Shown in pieces: positions 9,594-17,002 of a stretch of DNA of 64,000 bases (its first letter is position 1; the number at the start of each line of letters is the position of its first letter). The DNA lies in NCBI GenBank assembly GCA_964577595.1, contig CAZNZK010000001.1, positions 66,271-130,270 on the forward strand, given 5' to 3'. Position numbers and translations under genes: made by a program. The stretch is from an uncultured Candidatus Saccharibacteria bacterium (GTDB lineage Bacteria > Patescibacteriota > Minisyncoccia > Phycocordibacterales > JAKAEA01). Below the pieces are notes generated by a model, which worked only from the letters and a program-made list of their open reading frames with translations, ran no database searches and was not told the origin of the DNA.

Positions 9594-10112
9594 ATGACCT
9601 CAAAACAGAATATCGATCGAAGCGCCCAGTTAAGCGGGGCCCGTCATAGTTATGAAAATGGGCTTGTTAAGCACGCGTTTTTCAAAACAAACGATCAGGC
9701 GCTGAGCGATAATTTATCACAAGACACGTTTATGAAAACTTGGCAATATCTGGCCAAGGGAGGGAAAATCATCATCATGAAGGCTTTTTTGTATCACATC
9801 ATGAATAACCTCATCGTGGATGAATATCGGAAACGCGGAACAACTTCACTCGACGTTCTTTTGGAACAGGGTTTTGAACCGAGTACCGATGATGCCAGTG
9901 ATATTTTTAATCTTTTAGATGGAAAAACGGCAATGCTTTTGATTGGGCGTTTGCCGATCACCTATCAAAGAACGATGCATTTGCGGTATACGGAGAACAT
10001 GTCACTTTCAGAAATTTCTTTTGCTACTAAACAAACAAAAAATACCGTTGCCGTGCAAATCCATCGAGGACTGGAAAAAATGAGACTATTATGCGCGCCG
10101 GCTCACGCGTAA
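9594..10112 (+). CDS. RNA polymerase sigma-70 family, ECF subfamily sigma factor
   Basis: Region 2 (FMKTWQYL...FLYHIMNNLIVDEYRKR) and region 4 HTH (MSLSEISFATKQTKNTVAVQIHRGLEKMR). Confidence 0.6.
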   Translation: MTSKQNIDRSAQLSGARHSYENGLVKHAFFKTNDQALSDNLSQDTFMKTWQYLAKGGKIIIMKAFLYHIMNNLIVDEYRKRGTTSLDVLLEQGFEPSTDDASDIFNLLDGKTAMLLIGRLPITYQRTMHLRYTENMSLSEISFATKQTKNTVAVQIHRGLEKMRLLCAPAHA

Positions 10113-10268
10113 AATAAAATGAGAACAACATGCTCTGGATAATTATTGTCGTTTTGGTGGTCCTGTGGCTTCTCGGGTTTAGTTTTTCCATAGGCGGTGG
10201 TCTTATCCACCTCCTGCTCGTTATTGCGCTTGTCTTGGTTATTGTTCGGCTTCTGACGTAGTAGGTCA

Positions 10269-10338
10269 AAAATAGGTTCGAATCCTATTTGGGGTATCAA
10301 AAAATCACGTTGATTTATAAAGAGGTTTTCGGCGGCTC
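10269..10338 (+). repeat. direct repeat copy 1 (~70 nt) containing a tRNA 3'-end-like segment (T-arm ATAGGTTCGAATCCTAT plus acceptor 3' strand TTGGGGTA)
   Basis: Near-identical to 11583..11654. GGTTCGAATCC is the canonical T-arm. No matching tRNA 5' half upstream. Confidence 0.55.
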
Positions 10339-10427
10339 CGAGGGCTGGACGATGTTAGAACCTGGTTGCAGGAGTGTCCGTAGAGTAAATATTTGGATGT
10401 TAGTCAATTTGATATACTTCAGTTAAC

Positions 10428-11582
10428 ATGAAAAACTCTCAAAAAGCTTTCATTGTCCCTTTGTTAATAATTATTGCAGTGTTGGTGATTGGGGCTGGAA
10501 TCTATGTTTATGCGCAAAGTAAAATTCAATCACCAACAGAACAAGCTGTTGGTCAACCATATCCAAATAACAGTCTAGAAGATTGTATGGCCGGAAAGCT
10601 TGATCAGCCGCCCGTATACTGTTTTGAATTCACCTTACCCCCGAGTACCACTTTTCAAGGGGTGATGAATTCCTGTCTGGCATTGCCAGATAATCAGTAC
10701 GTGACTGATTTGGGCCCATATGAAAAAGCTTCCTGGTATCCAAGTAATTTTTCCTATCAAGAATATTGTGTTTCTCACTTAGCATCAGATATTATTGAGC
10801 CACAAAGAAATTATCCTTCTACCGACTTTCAAAAGAAATTTTTCCCAAATTTTGTATTACCCGACTTCAGTATTTCTGTCTACAACACAATTGATTATGC
10901 ATTCCAAGCAAAAGTCTGCACTAATTATGGTGTCGTTACTAATTCACCTTCGAAATCGGACCGATGTCTACTTTTTTCTTTCTTAAATCGAATGACGATC
11001 AAGCCGGGTGTCACTGACACTGACAATCAAGTGTCCATTTTTTGTGGCGCCTTAAGTTCAGAGAGTCTGTCGTCGCAATGTAAAAACGTTAAACCTCTCT
11101 CTATAGATACTGCAATTTCGTCTAACTCAAAAAAAGTGGTCGTTCCACCAGTCATAACTTCTTGGACAACATATGTAAGTTCAACGCTAGGTATTTCTTT
11201 CAATTATCCGGCAAGCTGGACACAGCCTGCGTATGTTGGACCAGATACAGGTCTTAACCAGCTTACTTTTAAAGATGGACTGTTTGTAAATATTGGCTTT
11301 AGAGATTCTTATGCAAACAAGTGGATAACACTGAATGACTACCTTAACCTACAAAACACTACTGGCGCTTCAGGATATTCCTCAAAGACAGGTAGCATAA
11401 CAGTAAATGGTAAAAACTATACTACAGTCACCTCTTTGTCTTATGGCCAAGTTGTTGAAAATTCAGTGATTATTCCTAATCCGAATTCAGCAACGAACTT
11501 CGTTATTTTTGATGACGGTGGAAAGATTGATGCAAAAACTTTTAACTCTATCGTTAGTAGCTTCAAATTTATCGGTCCATAA
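10428..11582 (+). CDS. hypothetical secreted/membrane-anchored protein (Cys-containing extracellular domain)
   Basis: 384-aa ORF. N-terminal TM/signal anchor FIVPLLIIIAVLVIGAGIYVYA. Exactly bracketed by the two direct repeats. Confidence 0.4.
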   Translation: MKNSQKAFIVPLLIIIAVLVIGAGIYVYAQSKIQSPTEQAVGQPYPNNSLEDCMAGKLDQPPVYCFEFTLPPSTTFQGVMNSCLALPDNQYVTDLGPYEKASWYPSNFSYQEYCVSHLASDIIEPQRNYPSTDFQKKFFPNFVLPDFSISVYNTIDYAFQAKVCTNYGVVTNSPSKSDRCLLFSFLNRMTIKPGVTDTDNQVSIFCGALSSESLSSQCKNVKPLSIDTAISSNSKKVVVPPVITSWTTYVSSTLGISFNYPASWTQPAYVGPDTGLNQLTFKDGLFVNIGFRDSYANKWITLNDYLNLQNTTGASGYSSKTGSITVNGKNYTTVTSLSYGQVVENSVIIPNPNSATNFVIFDDGGKIDAKTFNSIVSSFKFIGP

Positions 11583-11654
11583 AAATAGAGGTTCGAATCC
11601 TATTTGGGGTATCAAAAAAACACGTTGATTTATAAAAGAGATTTTCGGCGGCTC
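11583..11654 (+). repeat. direct repeat copy 2 (~70 nt) with tRNA 3'-end-like segment
   Basis: AAATAGAGGTTCGAATCCTATTTGGGGTATCAAAAAAACACGTTGATTTATAAAAGAGATTTTCGGCGGCTC matches copy 1 with 3 small differences. Confidence 0.55.
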
Positions 11655-11821
11655 GACGTTGTGCGCGAGGTAATAACCTTTTGGAAGACCAATAAAGAGC
11701 ACATTTATATCCCGAATTATAGGGATGGATTGTTTAAGATTACACAGCCGACAGAGGTAGAGATGGCGGAGTATCGGTAGGGTTTTAGCAAAAAGGGGTT
11801 AAAAATGATAAAGTTTAACTT

Positions 11822-12334
11822 ATGGAAATAAAATCAACTCTCACAAATCAATCTGGGCAAGTATTGGATGTTGCATATAACGATATCAATAGTGAGCTTG
11901 ACCTCGGTTATAAAAAAATCCAAGGCGTACATGCTTACTGCTTTTGCGAAGGTAAGTTGGTACTCGTATATGCCGATAAGAAAGGATATTGGACCCCACC
12001 AGGTGGTGGAGTTGAGGCTGGTGAAAGTGCTCGTGATGCAGTAAGACGAGAAGTAAAGGAAGAGACAAATATGAATGTTATCAGACAGCGCTTTATTGGT
12101 TGTCAGGATATAACAGAGCCACAAGGTGTTGTATCACAAACTAGATCAGTATGTATTGTTGAACCATTCGGTCCTTTTACTAATGATCCAGATGGAGACA
12201 TTACAAAGATTGAACTTATTGACCCTGCTGACTACAAGAAATATTTTGATTGGGGCGAGATTGGAGACCGCATTATGCAACGTGCACTTGAACTAAAAAA
12301 GCAGATGGATTTAGAAATGAATTACGTTAAGTAA
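11822..12334 (+). CDS. NUDIX hydrolase
   Basis: Nudix box GGGVEAGESARDAVRREVKEETNMN (GX5EX7REUXEEXGU). Lies in an AT-rich stretch. Confidence 0.7.
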   Translation: MEIKSTLTNQSGQVLDVAYNDINSELDLGYKKIQGVHAYCFCEGKLVLVYADKKGYWTPPGGGVEAGESARDAVRREVKEETNMNVIRQRFIGCQDITEPQGVVSQTRSVCIVEPFGPFTNDPDGDITKIELIDPADYKKYFDWGEIGDRIMQRALELKKQMDLEMNYVK

Positions 12335-12354
12335 GTTGAGACTACGCTTTATTG

Positions 12355-13323
12355 CTAAATTTCTTGAACTTTACTCTTAGCAAAATCCCAGAACTTTTGT
12401 GCAAATTCAACCTCTTTCAATACATACATATAGGGCGCCTGAATTAGAGCAGCGACGACTTGTAAGTAGGCTCTAACTTTCGGATCTAGTTTGGTATTTC
12501 GAACCTCTTCAAACTTGCTGAACATTGCGTCTGCATACTCTTTACCAGCCAAGACCTCAAGATCGGTAGCGGGTCTACTTATAGAATACGCATCGTTTTG
12601 AATTCTCCATATTCTCATTGGTGGCATAGAATCAATAAAATTAACCTTGTTATTAGAGAAAAGGATGTTACCACCATGATTATCGATAGATGCGAGATAT
12701 CTTTTGTTATCAAAATTCTTAAAATATGTATACGATGAAACAAAGGACTTTATCTTATCGATTATCGCATCTGCCTCTTGTTTTGGAATAAATTCAGAAC
12801 CCATATATAACCACTCTCTTGTACTCTCTAGATTTTGTAAATCTAAATCAACATAAGACATACTGAAAAGATCTTCCATGTCTGTGTGTTTTATCTCAGT
12901 CAATTTTTCTGTACGCTTAAACATCTCCTCAGTAATAAGTTCAAGGTTTTCTTTTGTGAAAGTCTTGTTTCTAATATGATTAAATAAAGTCTGGGAATCA
13001 TCTATTTTCTTCATGAGAATAAAATAGTCCTCCGATGTATCATGAGTTGCTTCGATAAAAGTATCACCGTCTCTTTTTACATATCCAAGCTTAATATAGA
13101 TATCAGGTGCCATGGTGTTATTCCATGTAAAATCGTTGTGATAGAACTCGTGTCTAAAACGATCATCTGAAAAATCACCAAAAAAAGCTTTGTTGTATTT
13201 ATATACTTTATATACATCATCACCAAAGAAAAAGAGCTTCGAGATAAGAGTTTCAATTACACGCTCTGGCTTGCCAAGTTTATTAAAATTTCCATTTTCA
13301 ATTGTTTCAATTAAGGTCGTCAT
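12355..13323 (-). CDS. protein-kinase-like fold phosphotransferase (APH/choline-kinase-like) family protein
   Basis: Brenner-type catalytic motif IDNHGGNILF (HGDxxxxN-like) and downstream IDSMPP (DFG-like) at appropriate spacing. AT-rich codon usage. Confidence 0.4.
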   Translation of the reverse strand: MTTLIETIENGNFNKLGKPERVIETLISKLFFFGDDVYKVYKYNKAFFGDFSDDRFRHEFYHNDFTWNNTMAPDIYIKLGYVKRDGDTFIEATHDTSEDYFILMKKIDDSQTLFNHIRNKTFTKENLELITEEMFKRTEKLTEIKHTDMEDLFSMSYVDLDLQNLESTREWLYMGSEFIPKQEADAIIDKIKSFVSSYTYFKNFDNKRYLASIDNHGGNILFSNNKVNFIDSMPPMRIWRIQNDAYSISRPATDLEVLAGKEYADAMFSKFEEVRNTKLDPKVRAYLQVVAALIQAPYMYVLKEVEFAQKFWDFAKSKVQEI

Positions 13324-13392
13324 ATTTTTCTATTATAACATAAAAAGATAAGGGCTCCGTCTTGCGACAGAGCCCTTGGTTGAGTGTTGAGA

Positions 13393-14052
13393 TCACGAAC
13401 TGAACTGGCTCGCAAAGAGTTCGGCAGGAAGTTTGCAATCAAACTCCCGACTATACTCCCTGAACGTTGCCCGAACGTGTATGTGACCTTTCTTGTCCGA
13501 AGCGGTGAGCTCCATTTTGATGACTTCGCCGTGAATGAGAGGCTCCTTGAAACCAAACGTTGCCGCTAGGTCCCAAAGAACTTCATAGTGCGAAGTGTGG
13601 ATCATCACGTCCGGTAACTTGTCGGCGACGAATCGCTCGAACAGGCTCCCGAGATACGTGAAGAAACGGTGCTGAATCGCAGAACGTTTCTCGATGGCCA
13701 CGCCTTCTTCGAACCGAGGATCACTTGCATACGCTCGGTCCACATCACGCGCCGAGGGGAAGCTCGACCAGATGGCATTCGCAGCGTCGTTGTCATAGAA
13801 ATCCATGCAACGAATTGCGAGCTCATGTTCGACTTCCTCGTAGGGGTATCCCAATTTCTTGGCGATGATGTCTGCAGTCCCGAGTGCTCTCGGTAACGGC
13901 GAGCTGACGATACGAACGTCCTCGTTCTTTCCGACGATGTCGAGAATTTCAGCGGCTGCTTTGCCGATTTGTTCTTTTCCTTCGTCAGTCAGATCAGAGA
14001 ACTGTCCCGTATAGGCAGTTTTGCCGTGTCTCAAAAAGATCAGTGTTTTCAA
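13393..14052 (-). CDS. histidine phosphatase superfamily (phosphoglycerate-mutase-like) protein
   Basis: N-terminal LIFLRHGKTAY (RHG catalytic motif). ~220 aa. Confidence 0.7.
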   Translation of the reverse strand: MKTLIFLRHGKTAYTGQFSDLTDEGKEQIGKAAAEILDIVGKNEDVRIVSSPLPRALGTADIIAKKLGYPYEEVEHELAIRCMDFYDNDAANAIWSSFPSARDVDRAYASDPRFEEGVAIEKRSAIQHRFFTYLGSLFERFVADKLPDVMIHTSHYEVLWDLAATFGFKEPLIHGEVIKMELTASDKKGHIHVRATFREYSREFDCKLPAELFASQFSS

Positions 14053-14276
14053 AGGTGCCTCCTTGTTTGTTTTGTTTCTAGAGACACCACTTTAGTGTCT
14101 AGTAGTATTATAACATAGAATATCTAACAATGCAAGCTTTTGCAAAGTGAGCCTTAAATATGAGTATATTAACGAGTATAAACAGTAATTTAAAACCTAA
14201 GATTATTATTTAGGTCTGTCGCCCTTAATCAATCTCTCAAAAGCCTCGAGGTTGCCCATAGCATCATGTACAGGGA

Positions 14277-14590
14277 ATGGTAAAAAGAAAGCTGATCCTT
14301 GAAGATGAATTGAAAGTCACCAACAAGCAGGTCCTCGAATGGGTAGAGCTCACAGAAAAGACCTTTGACTTCGCTTGTTACGCTCACATTTGGTTTGAAA
14401 AAGGAGACGATAAGACCAAGCGAGCGATACTTTCATGTTTAGGCTCGAACCTCACTATAAAAGGCAAAAAACTCTTTGTAAATTACCATTCTTTCATAAA
14501 GACCATGATAAAAAGTCGAGAGGCGGTTATCAAAGAATTAGACTCCGCTCGAACCTCGAAACCATCAAGCCATATAAGACAAAACCCCAC
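14277..14590 (+). CDS. hypothetical small protein (possible gene remnant); 3' part of track ORF 14277..14708 overlaps a tRNA exon and is not coding
   Basis: ORF in AT-rich DNA. Only the first ~100 codons are outside the tRNA-Asn 3' exon. Confidence 0.2.
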
Positions 14591-14615
14591 AAATTGTGAG
14601 GTTTCGTCACTAGGG

Positions 14616-14936
14616 CTCCCCCGGGAGGATTCGAACCTCCGACCAATCGCTTACACGAGTCCTTCTATTACTAAAAGGGGTGGACTATATCATTTCCATG
14701 AACCGTGAGGTTTTTAGGAATGAGGCGCTTCCGCAAGAATCTTAAAAAATTCTTGAGTACTCCCGCAAGGGGATAGTCTCTACACCTTCAATGACTTTCG
14801 TCAAAGCTTGGCTCGGTATTGCCCACACGATCGTTTATCTTGGGGGGTTCACCGAATTCACCTCATTTTCAACCACTATTTTCAAAGTGGTGCTGCCTTG
14901 AGACAGGCGACTGCTCTACCGCTGAGCTACAGGGGA
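14616..14936 (-). tRNA. tRNA-Asn(GUU) interrupted in the anticodon loop by a 249-nt group I intron (exons 14903..14936 and 14616..14653)
   Basis: Minus-strand 5' exon TCCCCTG-TA-GCTCAGCGGTAGAGC-A-GTCGC-CTGT. 3' exon TAA-GCGAT-TGGTC-GGAGGTTCGAATCCTCC-CGGGGGA-G. Acceptor pairs with one G.U. Joined loop is CUGUUAA. U1-A72 and G73 as in bacterial tRNA-Asn. CCA not encoded. Confidence 0.7.
14654..14902 (-). other. group I self-splicing intron (subgroup IC3-like) within tRNA-Asn
   Basis: 5' exon ends in U, which pairs as U.G in P1 (exon CUGU / internal guide GCAG near the intron 5' end). Intron ends in G. Conserved core elements present: CCGAGCCAAGC, GAAGGTGTAGAGACTA (P7 5' strand) and GATATAGTCC (P7 3' strand / P9.0). 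Confidence 0.65.
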
Positions 14937-15093
14937 ATAATTGGTTCGGTGTAGAAGCCTTTGCACGACTTCGCGTTTAGACCAGGGGCTTCCTAGTCTA
15001 TTGATGCCTCACATACGACTACGTCCACCGAACCGGAACTATCATAGCAGAAAAGTTTGGCCGAGAAAAGGGTTGTCTGGTATACTTCGGAAT

Positions 15094-15459
15094 ATGAAAA
15101 TAAATATTAAAACAGTAGGCGTGGAGCTTGCTCCGGAGATTCGCGAATATGTTGAGAAAAAACTTGCTGTTATTGAGCGCTTTGGGCACCTCATGGGGGA
15201 GGATGCGGCCCTACATCTTATTCTGGGAAAAACCACCGAGCATCATAAGGGGGGCGCGGATGCTTTTTCCGCGGAAATTCAGTTGCGAGCTATGGGGCGC
15301 GATATCGTGGCGAAGTCTTTTGGTGCCGATATTCGGGCGGCCATTGACGGGCTTAAGGACGAACTCTCTAAAACGTTGGTTTCCGGTGCCGATAAAAAGC
15401 GCACGCTCTTGCGCCGTGGTGCTTCCGCGGTGAAGAATTTTTTGAAGGGCGGAAAATAA
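15094..15459 (+). CDS. hpf: ribosome hibernation promoting factor (HPF/RaiA family)
   Basis: MKINIKTVGVELAPEIREYVEKKLAVIERF... typical HPF N-terminal domain. Track ORF starts further upstream at 14941, but that part overlaps the tRNA promoter region. Confidence 0.65.
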   Translation: MKINIKTVGVELAPEIREYVEKKLAVIERFGHLMGEDAALHLILGKTTEHHKGGADAFSAEIQLRAMGRDIVAKSFGADIRAAIDGLKDELSKTLVSGADKKRTLLRRGASAVKNFLKGGK

Positions 15460-15485
15460 TTTAAAACCGGGGTCAGGCACCGGTT

Positions 15486-16295
15486 TTAGAGGTATCCTTT
15501 GGCAAAATCGGGCCAATTCATTTCTTGTTTGCCTTCGGGGATGACGCGCTCTATGAGGAAGGTGCGTTTTTCGTCGCTATAGTCTACTTCGGTGATAATG
15601 ATGCGTTGGCGACGGCCTTTGCGTTCAATAAAAAAGTGAGCCTTTGGCCAGTGGGAGAACGCTTGGATTTTTAGAAAGTTTTGATACGGGTCACCGGCTA
15701 AGAATTTTTTTGCCGGGTCAAAAGCAAGTTCCCCGTCATTTTTGGTGATTTTTTTGGTGAACGTGGCGAGGGCGTGATTTTGCGGCTCCGCTGGAATTTT
15801 GCCGGCGAGCCATTCGGGCAGGATTTTTGCCAATATATTTCCGCCAATACCACCAAGTTTTATTTCCATTTTCTGGTAGCTGGGTGGCCATGCGCTCACG
15901 GTCACTTTTTCTTGAGCTATAAGAGGGCCATGATCCACATCTTTATCCATGAGCATGATTGAGACGCCTGTGGTGCTGTCATCGGCAAGGATAGCTGATT
16001 GTAGGGGAGAGGGGCCGCGGTATTTTGGTAACAACGAAGGGTGAACATTAAGCGAGCCGTGCTTCGGGAGATTTAAAATTGCTTCGGGAATGATTTGACC
16101 ATATGAGGCAACAATAAAAACATCCCAGCCACCAGCGGGCGCTTTTTCTTGTAATTCTTTCAGGCTGATTTTTTTAGAAGCGTCAGTAATAATAAGGGTG
16201 GGTATAAAACCAGCGGCTTCCAGCTCATTCATGACAAGGATTGAAAAGGGCGATTCACTGCCGAAAAAAACGTAGGAGATTTTCATTATAGACAT
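15486..16295 (-). CDS. fmt: methionyl-tRNA formyltransferase
   Basis: Formyltransferase N-domain motif SLNVHPSLLPKYRGPSPLQ. Lies downstream of def. Confidence 0.7.
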   Translation of the reverse strand: MSIMKISYVFFGSESPFSILVMNELEAAGFIPTLIITDASKKISLKELQEKAPAGGWDVFIVASYGQIIPEAILNLPKHGSLNVHPSLLPKYRGPSPLQSAILADDSTTGVSIMLMDKDVDHGPLIAQEKVTVSAWPPSYQKMEIKLGGIGGNILAKILPEWLAGKIPAEPQNHALATFTKKITKNDGELAFDPAKKFLAGDPYQNFLKIQAFSHWPKAHFFIERKGRRQRIIITEVDYSDEKRTFLIERVIPEGKQEMNWPDFAKGYL

Positions 16296-16930
16296 TATAG
16301 AATTGTGCTTTCGGCGGGTGGTTCCTCGCGCAGATCTTTGGCTGAATCAACAAAAAGGATACCATTGAGGTGGTCGGTTTCGTGCTGGAAAATTTGGGCC
16401 AAAAGGCCGCTTGCACCGCGGGTAAAAGCTTGGCCACTTTCGTCCAAGGCTTTAACCGTGGCTTTTTCGGAGCGGCGGACGTTGCCATAGAGCCAGCGCA
16501 CGGAAAGACAGCCTTCAAGCATCGTTTGTTTTTGGCGGGAGAGCTTGGTTAATTCAGGATTGATAAAAACCATGTCGGCGGGAATGGTGCCCGCCGTTGC
16601 CATCTCTTCTAACTCTTTATTTTCCAGGTCGGCGTAATTGGGCAGGAGGATTTTTCCGGCAACCACAAAGATGCGCCATGGCTCGCCGATTTGCGGCGCG
16701 GCTACGGCCACGGCGTCTGCCTGCTCGGCGATGACGCGCTTCATACGCTCAATAATGCGCTTCAGCTTGGCTGAGCCGAAAAAGTCTGCGGGCACGGGTT
16801 CGGCTTTTTGACGCAGAACTGGGTCGCCTTTTTGCACTACAGCTATTGGCGTGGCCTGAACATTTTTTACTGGCGCCTCGGCCTGCGCGGCGACTGTTTT
16901 TTTAGCAGATTTTTTTGAGGTGGCTGGCAT
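16295..16930 (-). CDS. def: peptide deformylase
   Basis: All three PDF motifs: VAVAAPQIG, EGCLSV, QHETDHLNG. Lys-rich N-terminal extension. Confidence 0.8.
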   Translation of the reverse strand: MPATSKKSAKKTVAAQAEAPVKNVQATPIAVVQKGDPVLRQKAEPVPADFFGSAKLKRIIERMKRVIAEQADAVAVAAPQIGEPWRIFVVAGKILLPNYADLENKELEEMATAGTIPADMVFINPELTKLSRQKQTMLEGCLSVRWLYGNVRRSEKATVKALDESGQAFTRGASGLLAQIFQHETDHLNGILFVDSAKDLREEPPAESTIL

Positions 16931-17002
16931 AAAAATACGGCTTCAGAATACTGTAAAAAACGAACTTTGTCCATTGTCTCAGCAGTGCCGAAGCCTGGTC
17001 TT

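Noticed and set aside
14277-14708. Track ORF extending across 14591..14708
   Set aside because: The 3' third overlaps the tRNA-Asn 3' exon and the group I intron on the opposite strand. Only the 5' part could be coding, and even that is weak.
14616-14936. Alternative identities for the intron-containing tRNA: Thr(UGU) with intron at 33/34, or Asp(GUC) with intron at 36/37
   Set aside because: Asp would place a C at the 5' splice site (group I needs U). Thr gives a 3-bp P1, and its discriminator/first pair do not fit as well as U1-A72/G73 for Asn. Kept as a caveat only.
15486-16295. Possibility that fmt is truncated (269 aa vs ~310 typical)
   Set aside because: N-terminal catalytic domain and start of C-terminal domain are intact. 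Short Fmt proteins are common in reduced genomes, so there is not enough evidence for a pseudogene.
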